A DNA stretch of 64,000 nt, taken from NCBI GenBank assembly GCA_024449565.1, contig GCA_024449565.1_4810.1. One strand, written 5' to 3'. Both the position numbers and the translations under genes were made by a program. The stretch is from a phage. Of the stretch, positions 53,047 to 62,367 are shown in pieces; positions within the stretch are counted from its first letter, which is position 1; every line of letters begins with the position of its first letter. A model generated the notes under the pieces. It made no database searches and was not told the DNA's origin. It was given only the letters and a program-made list of their open reading frames with translations.

Positions 53047-53463
53047 TTACCCCTTGTTTGGAGTCTCGCCGCTGAGGAATGGCGCGATTAATCGCATCGA
53101 TTCGCCAATAAATGCTGCAGCCATTTCGCCGCCAACCTGTTCCCAGTATCCTTCACGTTCAGCGTGAGTCTCTGGGTTGATTCCGTTTTCCATCAACACC
53201 GCTTCGAAAACCAATTTTAAGTTTTCCCAGTCGCCAAGATGGTTGTCAATAAGTGCGCCAGTGCTCAGAGGAATTTCTTGCCCGACATCAAGTTCAACCT
53301 TCGCAAAGCTTAATACTTCCATTGTGTATTCTGAACGAAAGGCGGGGTCTTTTGACATCGCAAATTCGATGAATCGGCGCTGTATGTTCCAACCTTCCAT
53401 CGCAGTCATTTTGCTGATTTTAATTTCTACTTTGCGACCAGTTTGTTTATTGGTGATCTTCAT
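53047..53463 (-). CDS. tail assembly chaperone-like protein, tentative (138 aa)
   Basis: Directly upstream of tape measure gene. Context only. Confidence 0.35.
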   Translation of the reverse strand: MKITNKQTGRKVEIKISKMTAMEGWNIQRRFIEFAMSKDPAFRSEYTMEVLSFAKVELDVGQEIPLSTGALIDNHLGDWENLKLVFEAVLMENGINPETHAEREGYWEQVGGEMAAAFIGESMRLIAPFLSGETPNKG

Positions 53464-53464
53464 T

Positions 53465-54025
53465 TTATATTCCTACTGTTGATTTTATTTTATTATATAA
53501 CGAACTCACAGTTGTAGTCAAACTGACTGGCTCTTTAATAGCCACGCCATTTGACGATTCATCTGCGGACTGTTTAGGGTCAAAGCTTCCTTGAATACTA
53601 AATGACGTCTGTTCAAATGTTATTACAATTGAGACTCCATTCAGGTTTTCTTCTGACTGAGTTATTTCGACATCAGACATCGACATTTTGCTTGCAATTA
53701 TGCTTCGAGAAGTTATTGAAAATGTAACTTCATCATTGTCGAATGTATTAATTATGTTTTCAATAGTCGATTGGTCATTGCAAATTACGTTTAGCGCCAT
53801 GTGCGCTGGCATTATTACTTTTGCCGCCTGTAGATTGCTTACTGAGGATATGCTTGATACTTCCACCACCTGCATTGCCGTTCCAGCAAGTGGAAATTGA
53901 GTGGTTTCTGCTGGTGATGTTATTTCTGCAGATACTGGAGAAAGCTTTGTCCATACAGGAATCCCTGTTGACTCATTCGTTATGGTCAAAGATTGACCAG
54001 AGAGCAGAATCGAAACAAAGTCCAT
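53465..54025 (-). CDS. hypothetical tail-module protein (186 aa)
   Basis: ORF track. Confidence 0.5.
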   Translation of the reverse strand: MDFVSILLSGQSLTITNESTGIPVWTKLSPVSAEITSPAETTQFPLAGTAMQVVEVSSISSVSNLQAAKVIMPAHMALNVICNDQSTIENIINTFDNDEVTFSITSRSIIASKMSMSDVEITQSEENLNGVSIVITFEQTSFSIQGSFDPKQSADESSNGVAIKEPVSLTTTVSSLYNKIKSTVGI

Positions 54026-54558
54026 CAGAACATCCCCTTGATGCCATTCATCACCTTTGTTGCAACGCCAGTGACGCTGGCAGTGGTTTCTTTTATATAA
54101 GCTATGCCGCGCTCGATGACAGTTGAGTCGGCTGCTTGCGCTGTTTGAATAGACACATCCTGCTGTGTTAATATTTCGTGGAATACCAGTTGTATGGGTT
54201 GTGAAGTTATATTGTCAGCATCTTGGCTGAAATTGTTATTTTGCAGCACCATACGTTCAAATATTAGCCCACGAGAATTTATTGTGTATATCGTGGACCT
54301 GTTTTGCAACATCTTTGCGATTGCGTCGGACGCGCTTTTTGTCTGTGCTATTACAGTCACAGTCAATATTCTAGGCATTTTGACTCTGCCATCGACGATA
54401 TAGCTTCCGTCTTCCCTTTGGTTTTTGAATATCTTTGCTTGGAGTCTTATTTTAACGTTAACAATCGCCCAACCAAGCGTTGACACTTCCCCAAGGTTGA
54501 AGCTTCTTATTGTGAAGCTTCTGTTGGAAAGACTATATGACAATAAATCGATAGCCAT
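54025..54558 (-). CDS. hypothetical tail-module protein (177 aa)
   Basis: ORF track; start overlaps upstream stop. Confidence 0.5.
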   Translation of the reverse strand: MAIDLLSYSLSNRSFTIRSFNLGEVSTLGWAIVNVKIRLQAKIFKNQREDGSYIVDGRVKMPRILTVTVIAQTKSASDAIAKMLQNRSTIYTINSRGLIFERMVLQNNNFSQDADNITSQPIQLVFHEILTQQDVSIQTAQAADSTVIERGIAYIKETTASVTGVATKVMNGIKGMF

Positions 54559-55055
54559 TAAATTGACCCCAATATGCTCTGCACCACGCCTTTTGCAATT
54601 TGCGATGTGCTCTGTGCGCCGCCGTAGCTGGCAAACACGAATGTGTATCTGTTTGTCTTACGACGACCGGACTGCTCAATGGAGTCGCCAAGCGGACCGC
54701 TGATGATGGTCCCGTTCGAAAACGCCACTCTGCCGCCATCAGGATATGTAATAAGCATTGATGTGACATCCTGGATAGGAAGCCACTTGAATCCGCCTTT
54801 ACGAGCGGAAAGCAAAAGCTTTAGGTTTATGTCGTCTTCAGTGTTTGGGATCACTGCAATGGATACGCGAACGACGGCGGCCTTGTCATAAATACAAATG
54901 CCGCCGTCATAAGTAAGTTGATAGCCTACTGATTCAACTTCCTCAATAATTAGCGAATCCTGGTCATCAGACAAAGAACTGATATTCAGCCCAACAGGAA
55001 AAGATTGGAGAGCGACAATTCTAATGCTTGTGCCAAATCCACTAATATTGACCAT
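54558..55055 (-). CDS. tail tube-like protein, paralog of 56006-56473 product (165 aa)
   Basis: N-terminus MVNISGFGTSIRIVALQSFPVG versus MINVSGFGASIRLVASNTFPNG; similarity continues along the protein. Confidence 0.5.
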   Translation of the reverse strand: MVNISGFGTSIRIVALQSFPVGLNISSLSDDQDSLIIEEVESVGYQLTYDGGICIYDKAAVVRVSIAVIPNTEDDINLKLLLSARKGGFKWLPIQDVTSMLITYPDGGRVAFSNGTIISGPLGDSIEQSGRRKTNRYTFVFASYGGAQSTSQIAKGVVQSILGSI

Positions 55056-55057
55056 GT

Positions 55058-55324
55058 TTACTCCGCAGATGCAGATTTAACTGCTGCAAGAATTTCATCC
55101 TTATAAGAAAGACCTTTGATGTCAATCTCATGTTCCTTTGCATAAGCCTTCAATTCAGAGACGCTCATTGAATCAAAATCAACTTTCGATTCTACTGCCT
55201 TCTCTTCAACCTGTTCTTTCTTCTCCGCAACAGGGTTTGAAGTCTTTTTGAATAATTCCGATGCGTCTTCAAATTTTTCTCCAAATTTCATGACGCCATT
55301 AGCAAAATGAATTACTTGTGCCAT
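55058..55324 (-). CDS. hypothetical protein (88 aa)
   Basis: ORF track. Confidence 0.5.
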   Translation of the reverse strand: MAQVIHFANGVMKFGEKFEDASELFKKTSNPVAEKKEQVEEKAVESKVDFDSMSVSELKAYAKEHEIDIKGLSYKDEILAAVKSASAE

Positions 55325-55680
55325 TATTGATTACTCACCTTTATACGTTCGCCATAAATAGTCACCACTTCAGCGGTGAATCCAAGAATACCGTTTTGGA
55401 TGGTGACAGTCAATGAGTCGATTCCGGCAACGTCTGCTTTCTTCAGAATAGCATCTGCAATCGACTTTCTCGCACCGTCTTCATCAACGGGCGATTTGAA
55501 AACAGTGCCCAAATAATCGACTCCGTTTTCAACATCGTACAAGTCTTCACCAAGTCGCATTTGATGCGCCGCCTTGATAACTTGTACCATGGCCTTTTCT
55601 CCTGACAGAATATTCAAATTTCTTCCATCAGGCAGAAACAGGTCATTGTTATCATTAACTTCAATCGTTAGAGTTGTCAA
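55324..55680 (-). CDS. hypothetical protein (118 aa)
   Basis: ORF track. Confidence 0.5.
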   Translation of the reverse strand: MTTLTIEVNDNNDLFLPDGRNLNILSGEKAMVQVIKAAHQMRLGEDLYDVENGVDYLGTVFKSPVDEDGARKSIADAILKKADVAGIDSLTVTIQNGILGFTAEVVTIYGERIKVSNQ

Positions 55681-56006
55681 ATTGCAAACTCCGCTTCAGC
55701 AGTTTTCTGGAATTCAGCCAACTCAGATTCTGACATGTAATATAAATTACAGCCGCCAGAGTTAAAATGCTCATAATCGGGTACGCTGTCAAAAATAAAG
55801 TTGCCGTACCCAATCATGAGATATTTATAAGGCACCATTGGTATACCACCAAAACAACGTACCCCCTGAATCAACAATTCGCCATTGCGGTAAACATCTG
55901 CGCACATGTGCTCAATTGCGGCGAATATGTGCAGCTGCCAATAAGCACCGTCAACGTTAAAGCTGATATTCTGGTTAGGTACACTGTCAAGTGGTATTTG
56001 ATACAT
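55677..56006 (-). CDS. hypothetical protein (109 aa)
   Basis: ORF track; 4-bp overlap. Confidence 0.5.
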   Translation of the reverse strand: MYQIPLDSVPNQNISFNVDGAYWQLHIFAAIEHMCADVYRNGELLIQGVRCFGGIPMVPYKYLMIGYGNFIFDSVPDYEHFNSGGCNLYYMSESELAEFQKTAEAEFAI

Positions 56007-56473
56007 TATAAAATCTCTTGGTTGCTCACGCCAGTTTTGACTACGTTCTCAAACTTAAAGCGATATTGACGTGTTTTTACACGACCCTGAGACTGGATGC
56101 CAGGAATCACTGAACCAGTCGTCAAAGTTCCCTTGTTCAGTGTGATGACCATGCCAGAAGGGTAGGTCAGAATAAGGGTGATCACGTCTTTCGCAGAGTT
56201 CTTGCGCTTGCCTACACGGTTAGCCGCTGCCAGAACATCTAAGTTTACATCGCTTTCAGAAGTAGGGATGATGTTGACGCCTACTTCAAGAGGGTTGGCA
56301 CGGTTCCAGACTACCAAGTCACCGTTCAATCCCATTGCCGCTTCAGAGATTTGAAGATCAGGCGCGTCAATCGGATCAGCATCATCTGCGAAATCAGAAA
56401 GAGTTACACCATTTGGAAAAGTGTTTGATGCCACTAAACGAATCGAAGCGCCAAAACCGGAAACGTTAATCAT
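56006..56473 (-). CDS. putative tail tube protein (155 aa)
   Basis: Directly downstream of the putative sheath gene; paralog of 54558-55055. Confidence 0.5.
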   Translation of the reverse strand: MINVSGFGASIRLVASNTFPNGVTLSDFADDADPIDAPDLQISEAAMGLNGDLVVWNRANPLEVGVNIIPTSESDVNLDVLAAANRVGKRKNSAKDVITLILTYPSGMVITLNKGTLTTGSVIPGIQSQGRVKTRQYRFKFENVVKTGVSNQEIL

Positions 56474-56520
56474 TACAGATTCCTCTCAGAGAGATGGCCG
56501 CCAGTTACGGCGGCAATTAT

Positions 56521-58059
56521 TTAGATAAGAACGTCACGACCTTCAACGCGACGCACAGCATCATCTTTAGAGTAGATTAGCGTGTATGTTGCATAGTATT
56601 CGGTGCGCCCATCGGAGGTGGTTTCAGTATCAAAGTCTACAGTCAGCCAGTAACCGATAGTTTCAACCTGCCGCCAAGCAGTGTTGTCACCGGAAGTTTG
56701 CGTGATGTATTGTTTCTGAATCTCAGTCAGCGCCTTGCCAACAGAGATGGTGCCGTTAACCTTTGCATTGTCAACAGCAACTTGAATCATGGCTTGTACA
56801 GTCGCTTTACCTTCTTCGTTTGCAGGCACGCGACCAAGATTCAAGAACATGCTGAACAGCTGAGAAGTGATAGCAGATTTAAGCCACATCTCGTTGGCAT
56901 AAGTATTCATGTCAACTGCTGCGGTAGACCCGCCCATCAATACGCCGCGCTGGAAGAATGCCAAGGTTTGTCCGGCCTGCTGAGTTGCACCGATGTAGTT
57001 AGCACGGTTTTGATCAGCAGTATCTGCGCGAGAGTCAGTTGAAACAGTCACATTGCGAGTATCAAACTGATAATACATGTAGTTTTGAGTTGCATTCACA
57101 GTATTATAGTTTGTTGCCGCGAGGATTTCAGCAGGTGCTTGGTCGATGTAATCGTTTGCAAGGTTAGTTGCACGAATCATCATGCCAACGCCTGAGTACC
57201 CTTTCAGAGCGGTATAGTATGACCCGATATTAGCGAACGAAGTCGAGAATAAATACATGTACATATTATTCTGCGAATGAGTCCACGCTGCCACAGCGGT
57301 AATCTCTTCCAGAGTTCGGTCTGCTCCAGCGAAAAGGAATGAGCCGAAGTTGTTGGAGATTTCCACAGATGCTGCGATTGCTTCTACCGGACTTGAAACG
57401 CCCTGGCCTGCAACGGTTACGGTGCCAGTGGTGGTCCAACCCAATGCTTGAGACGGGTCTGTCGGTTGGCCTGTGACGTTGATAGACAGATTGCCTGCAC
57501 CAGCAGTCGACGGCGCTGCTTCCAGCGTGAACTGCTGAGTATTAGCGTTCCAATACACTTCTGCATCAGCAAGTGCAGGCACCGACGTACCGCCTTCTGC
57601 TGCAAATTTAGTATTGATTGCCGTTTCCAGAAGTTCAGCCACATTCGCCAGACTTGTTGCCGCTGAAAGGTTAATTGCGTCAGTCAGGTAGTCTGTGCCA
57701 TCATAAGTAATGCTTAAGATAGCGCCAGTGAATGCTTGAAAAGTAGCAAGCACTTTAGGCTCAGTATCACCGATTACCATTGCTGGAATCGCAGTTGAAA
57801 CAATTCGCGAGAAGCTGATTGAATCAGGCGAGTTAATTTGCTTGCTGATGAATCCAAAATATGATGCTGCGCGCTTATATTCTTCGGAAGAATAACCGAA
57901 ATATGATCCAACAGCATCAGCCGTTGAAAATTCTGCTACAATGCCTGGCGGCAGAACTGTATTAGAAGTCATGACGCGAAGCGACAGTTTGCGAACTGCA
58001 ACAGCCGCGCCTGCTCCGACCCCTGATACAATTTTAATATAACGAGATTGACTGATCAC
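56521..58059 (-). CDS. putative tail sheath protein (512 aa)
   Basis: Large Ala/Thr/Ser-rich protein immediately upstream of tube-like gene. Inferred from gene order and size. Confidence 0.45.
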   Translation of the reverse strand: MISQSRYIKIVSGVGAGAAVAVRKLSLRVMTSNTVLPPGIVAEFSTADAVGSYFGYSSEEYKRAASYFGFISKQINSPDSISFSRIVSTAIPAMVIGDTEPKVLATFQAFTGAILSITYDGTDYLTDAINLSAATSLANVAELLETAINTKFAAEGGTSVPALADAEVYWNANTQQFTLEAAPSTAGAGNLSINVTGQPTDPSQALGWTTTGTVTVAGQGVSSPVEAIAASVEISNNFGSFLFAGADRTLEEITAVAAWTHSQNNMYMYLFSTSFANIGSYYTALKGYSGVGMMIRATNLANDYIDQAPAEILAATNYNTVNATQNYMYYQFDTRNVTVSTDSRADTADQNRANYIGATQQAGQTLAFFQRGVLMGGSTAAVDMNTYANEMWLKSAITSQLFSMFLNLGRVPANEEGKATVQAMIQVAVDNAKVNGTISVGKALTEIQKQYITQTSGDNTAWRQVETIGYWLTVDFDTETTSDGRTEYYATYTLIYSKDDAVRRVEGRDVLI

Positions 58060-58071
58060 GTCGGTGTCCTC

Positions 58072-58557
58072 TTATTTAATGACTTGGCTGCTGACAGATT
58101 GCCACATGAGGCTAGTGTGAATCAAAGGCTTGTCGAATCCCTTCACACGTACAGTATATCTGGCGTTTGGTTGCCACGGTCCGTTTTTAATTGATTCGAC
58201 AATCTTTGCTTCCATCGCAAGCCCAATTTGACCCAATGCCTGTCTAGCGTCTATTTTACCGGAAAAAATCTTTTTAGCAATTTTATTCTCTATTTCACTG
58301 CGCTCACTAACGAATAATTCATAGGCATATCTCATGAATGGTCTGGGTGGCACTTCTACCCTGACTGGGCCTTGTCCAAAGTTCAAAACGGCTATGTGAC
58401 CAAACTCGTTAAGCCGCGCGACTTCTGACACCAGTATGCCTTCTCCACCAGTTTCTGAAGGGTATCTGGTAGAATCAAACCATCCTGCCTCAACAGTAAG
58501 ACCCTTCATAGATTGAAGTGCCTTAATCTGTTTTTCTATCATTTTTGATTTTGTCAT
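58072..58557 (-). CDS. hypothetical head-tail joining region protein (161 aa)
   Basis: Start moved to internal ATG (MTKSKMIEKQ...); the longer track ORF overlaps the upstream gene. Confidence 0.45.
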   Translation of the reverse strand: MTKSKMIEKQIKALQSMKGLTVEAGWFDSTRYPSETGGEGILVSEVARLNEFGHIAVLNFGQGPVRVEVPPRPFMRYAYELFVSERSEIENKIAKKIFSGKIDARQALGQIGLAMEAKIVESIKNGPWQPNARYTVRVKGFDKPLIHTSLMWQSVSSQVIK

Positions 58558-58558
58558 A

Positions 58559-59140
58559 TTACACCGGAACGTCACCCAAATCATTATTAACAGCTCTTGC
58601 CACTGCAGGAGTATCAATTGAAATTGCGTTTCTGTGAAGTATTACCAAATCAAAAGAAGGGAATGATTCAAACTGCGACATGTCATCATAAAACTTTTCA
58701 TTATTATTCATGTCGATTCGATATACTGATGCTTGATGCTTTTTGAACCAATCTCTCAGATTGGCTTTATGAGTTATGAATCTTGCTAAATAAGTCAAAA
58801 CATCATTAGCTGTAGGCTTTTCTGGATTGCCAGGGACTTCTGGAAATAAGCCGCTAATTTGAAAACGTGTTGCGTATATTTGATCTTCAATATCTTTAAA
58901 TTTGCCATTGACGAATTGAGATTCATCATTGACAAATTCATTCTTTCTCATCGACCAACCGAATGGAACTGAGAATAAAAGGTTAAACCAAATCTGATCA
59001 CCAGTCGGAATGCCCTGTTGAGTCGGTTGATACTTTTTCTGGACCGGAACAGCAGAAAGGTCTGCACGACTATACGCCGCCAGACCTTCTTCAATTCGCG
59101 TCGCCAGCATGTCAATCAGGTCGACATCTGTCATATACAC
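58559..59140 (-). CDS. hypothetical virion-module protein (193 aa)
   Basis: ORF track. Confidence 0.5.
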   Translation of the reverse strand: MYMTDVDLIDMLATRIEEGLAAYSRADLSAVPVQKKYQPTQQGIPTGDQIWFNLLFSVPFGWSMRKNEFVNDESQFVNGKFKDIEDQIYATRFQISGLFPEVPGNPEKPTANDVLTYLARFITHKANLRDWFKKHQASVYRIDMNNNEKFYDDMSQFESFPSFDLVILHRNAISIDTPAVARAVNNDLGDVPV

Positions 59141-59141
59141 C

Positions 59142-59528
59142 TCAAGTAGACACTGGAAAGCTTTGTTTTACTTCCACGGCAAGGCAAGACGTCCAACCAT
59201 CTTGGTCAAACCATGTCGTTTCATCTTCCATCTTGTACGTTTTGCCACCAAACACAAAATAGTCGCCGGAAGCGTCGCGGTCAAGGTCAACAATGTCTTT
59301 GTCCACCCAGATTTTGACATAGTTCTTTTGAAGCTCTAATCCAAGCTCAACGTATTGGTTTCGAAGAACAGCCTGCACCGAAGCAAGTAGGGTGATTGGT
59401 TCTTCATATGTAGTGACATAGTTGCGCATCTTATCAAGGGTGCGCCCCTTGTACATGTAATATTGAATCGGTTGGCGACCGATGACCTTTGTCGCAACTC
59501 GATATAAGTTTACGCCAGGAATCCTCAC
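59142..59528 (-). CDS. hypothetical virion-module protein (128 aa)
   Basis: ORF track. Confidence 0.5.
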   Translation of the reverse strand: MRIPGVNLYRVATKVIGRQPIQYYMYKGRTLDKMRNYVTTYEEPITLLASVQAVLRNQYVELGLELQKNYVKIWVDKDIVDLDRDASGDYFVFGGKTYKMEDETTWFDQDGWTSCLAVEVKQSFPVST

Positions 59529-59989
59529 CAGAATACCCCACCAATTTTACGAAAGCCTTCGCGCTCTGGAAGCCCACCGAATGACAAGCCGCCAACGGCC
59601 AGTGCTTGCAGAAGCGCCCAAAGCGCCATGCCATAAGGAGTGCTTGAAAGCCAGTATTCCCAACCATCACTCGCAGGCGGCGCTACCTTATTCACGGTGA
59701 TGTCACCGATTGTTGCACCAGTCACGAAGCCGCCTTGTTCAACTCCGTCACCAGAAGACACAGACACCTGTTGGTCTGCGGCTATGCATAAAAGATGAGC
59801 CGTCATATATTCCAATGCCAGCTCCAATTTACTGCCATTTAAAACACGACAAGGACTGTCTTGTGATTCAATAAATTCACATGCCATGTCATAGAATACT
59901 TGAAGCGTTGTGTCAGGGAATTTGACCTGATCAGCAAACTGTGGAAATTTTATTCTGAACTTTTCGTAATCTAATGACATGGCATTCAC
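59525..59989 (-). CDS. hypothetical virion-module protein (154 aa)
   Basis: ORF track; 4-bp overlap. Confidence 0.5.
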   Translation of the reverse strand: MNAMSLDYEKFRIKFPQFADQVKFPDTTLQVFYDMACEFIESQDSPCRVLNGSKLELALEYMTAHLLCIAADQQVSVSSGDGVEQGGFVTGATIGDITVNKVAPPASDGWEYWLSSTPYGMALWALLQALAVGGLSFGGLPEREGFRKIGGVFW

Positions 59990-59994
59990 CTTAT

Positions 59995-60459
59995 TTAAAC
60001 GCGGAACAAATCATCTTCTTGTTCGCCGCTCAATTTAACCTTGATGCGCTTGTCAGCCGTCTCACGCGTCATAGGTGCGAACGGGTCATCTGACATGCCG
60101 CGCACTTCTTTAGCGACAGCTTTATGATTGCCAACGATGTCGTGGTTAACCACTTTAACCAGACCTTTTTCAAGGTGCTGCTTGAATACGTGATGATCTT
60201 TTAAATGTTCAAAATCAGCATCGCTTACAACGGTGACGATTCCTTCAGGAGTCCACAAAGGTGCACCATCAGCGCCTTTTGCCATTTCACCAAAGCCGGA
60301 AGTTGCCGAAGTAAGACCAGCACCGCCCTTGATCAGAATCTGTTTGCGAATATTTGGAAGAGCGCCTGAACCAGCTTTTGCATTCGGGTTTTCTTTCACT
60401 TCCGTATAGAAAGTGTAGTTGACTGACATAGACATAGTTGAAACGATGTATTTTGGCAT
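59995..60459 (-). CDS. hypothetical virion-module protein (154 aa)
   Basis: ORF track; downstream of capsid gene. Confidence 0.5.
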   Translation of the reverse strand: MPKYIVSTMSMSVNYTFYTEVKENPNAKAGSGALPNIRKQILIKGGAGLTSATSGFGEMAKGADGAPLWTPEGIVTVVSDADFEHLKDHHVFKQHLEKGLVKVVNHDIVGNHKAVAKEVRGMSDDPFAPMTRETADKRIKVKLSGEQEDDLFRV

Positions 60460-60520
60460 TTTGTAGTCCTATTTATATAAGCCTCAGATAAGCCCCTACA
60501 GCCCTTGAGGTCTATTGATA

Positions 60521-60546
60521 TGGGGCGAAGCCTTTCGACCACGCCC
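60521..60546 (-). other. stem-loop downstream of the major capsid gene
   Basis: ggggcg ... cgcccc inverted repeat in the 115-bp gap after the capsid stop; no clear T-run. Confidence 0.3.
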
Positions 60547-60574
60547 CATGTGTTTTACTGTGTAATCACAGCAA

Positions 60575-61714
60575 TTAAATACCAGTCATACGGACGACTG
60601 CGAACGGACGCTTGAGCAGAACGCCTGCTGTTGCGTTTGCGTAGTCTTCAACGTAGCTCTTAGCACGCTTTTCAACGCCCAGAGTCATGAACTTGGTTTG
60701 AACCAGCTGACTGAATACGGAACCATCATCGCTTGAACCATCGATTGAGGAATCGATGTGATCAGCGTACAGGTATGCCACGTTCAAGAAAGTCGGGTCG
60801 CTGCCAAGTGCGCCGTTGAGTTCCGGTGCAGACTTGATCTTCATCTTCGGATAAGTCTGGGTGATCCAGTCACGTACAGAAATACCGAAGTCAGTGGTGT
60901 TGGACAGCCAATCGATAGAGTTAGTCGGCAGCGCAAGAGTCATGTCAACCTTCTCTGGATCAATCTGGTCCTGAGAGTTCACACGAATTTGACGAACCAT
61001 CAAACGGATGTCTGCAGTCACCTGTTGGAAAGTCGCAGTGGCCCAGCCGGAAGTGGTGGTGGAAGTCATCGCCGCTGGCAGGTTTGGATCATTCAGGAAG
61101 CCGAACGTGCGGTTGTTCCCGTTGTACCAACCATAGAAGCCGATTGCGTTACGCATGATTTCCAGAGATACAGCAGCCTGCTGGCGTTTGGTTTCTGCGG
61201 AGTTCAGACGCATCGCAGACGCGCGGCCTTCTTCCAGCATACCAACTGCCATGCCCATTTCACCGCGAACGATAGAGCGACGTTCAAAGTTTACGTTCCA
61301 GCTTGCCAGAGGAATAGAGGTGAAATCACCATATTCAACTGCGGTGCCAGCTGGTTCAACGATGCCCTGAACGATTTCTGCATCTTCCCACTGACCAACG
61401 GTATCAATACCAACCAGCTCGTCGATTTTACGAGCAGCTGTCATGATTTTGACGAAGCCAGGCAACCACTGCTGCAGGAACTGCAACGGGGTCGGGATTG
61501 ACGGAGTAGTCTGCGGCGCAGTAAACGCGGCATCACCTACGCGGAAAGCGCCTGCACGGTTTAAGTGCTCAATCTGATCACGCACAATCGCGGAATCAAA
61601 CACAATACCGATACGAGCAAGCTGGGAAACAGCCGCGTCGGTGACGGATTGCATATCAAAAGGGCGCACCTTGCTCGCTGGGAGGCGAGAGTGTGTTTGG
61701 CTAATGCGAGTCAT
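60575..61714 (-). CDS. putative major capsid protein (379 aa)
   Basis: Size and position downstream of scaffold/protease-like gene and upstream of tail genes; followed by long gap with stem-loop. Not confirmed by homology. Confidence 0.55.
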   Translation of the reverse strand: MTRISQTHSRLPASKVRPFDMQSVTDAAVSQLARIGIVFDSAIVRDQIEHLNRAGAFRVGDAAFTAPQTTPSIPTPLQFLQQWLPGFVKIMTAARKIDELVGIDTVGQWEDAEIVQGIVEPAGTAVEYGDFTSIPLASWNVNFERRSIVRGEMGMAVGMLEEGRASAMRLNSAETKRQQAAVSLEIMRNAIGFYGWYNGNNRTFGFLNDPNLPAAMTSTTTSGWATATFQQVTADIRLMVRQIRVNSQDQIDPEKVDMTLALPTNSIDWLSNTTDFGISVRDWITQTYPKMKIKSAPELNGALGSDPTFLNVAYLYADHIDSSIDGSSDDGSVFSQLVQTKFMTLGVEKRAKSYVEDYANATAGVLLKRPFAVVRMTGI

Positions 61715-61728
61715 TATTCACCTGCCTA

Positions 61729-62367
61729 TTAACGAGTCAATTGTACAATGGTATAAGTGGAAGACTGGACGCTTGGGCCGGAAAGGGCAATAGCAGTCGG
61801 GTCAATCACGATACCGCCTGGAATGGCAACCATGCCAGTTGGCAGTGAGCCAGTATAGGCGATAATTGCACCAATAGGCAAGTTGTTCGGGTTATCCGTG
61901 CTGGAGATGCCTTTAGGTACATAAGCGAGCAAATCGCCATAGTTAAGCGTCTGCGGGCTGGTGCTTGGGTTGAATACTTCAACTACGAGGCCCGTGCACA
62001 TGTCGTAGAACTCGCCTTCGCTGTATTGAGGCAGAACCATGCTGGCGCCCAAAGGACCAGTAGAGTTGCCATACAGCGCGTAACGCTTGCTATTGCCGAG
62101 GATGCCGTAGTAGTTGGTGCCGCCCAGCTCAACTTCAAAGTCCTGCGCGCCCAAAGTTTTGGTTTGACCAGTGCCCATTAAGGATACGTCAGCCTTAAAA
62201 CCGAACACACGGCTGATGGCGTTTACGTTTGCGCCTTCGTTGGCGTTGGCAATTCGACCTGGCTTCCCACGCTGTGGGCCGTCGCGAACGATGTCGCCAG
62301 GAAAGCCAGTTGTATATTGACGGCCTACACTAGTTTGGAAAGTCATGTTTATTCCCCTTTCAACCAA
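61729..62367 (-). CDS. head-module protein, possible decoration or accessory capsid protein (212 aa)
   Basis: Gly-rich; between scaffold-like and capsid genes. Confidence 0.45.
   Translation of the reverse strand: MVERGINMTFQTSVGRQYTTGFPGDIVRDGPQRGKPGRIANANEGANVNAISRVFGFKADVSLMGTGQTKTLGAQDFEVELGGTNYYGILGNSKRYALYGNSTGPLGASMVLPQYSEGEFYDMCTGLVVEVFNPSTSPQTLNYGDLLAYVPKGISSTDNPNNLPIGAIIAYTGSLPTGMVAIPGGIVIDPTAIALSGPSVQSSTYTIVQLTR

Noticed and set aside
53047-54025. Programmed translational frameshift between the two genes upstream of the tape measure
   Set aside because: Two chaperone-sized ORFs precede the tape measure as in many phages, but I could not identify a slippery heptamer with confidence; left as unverified.
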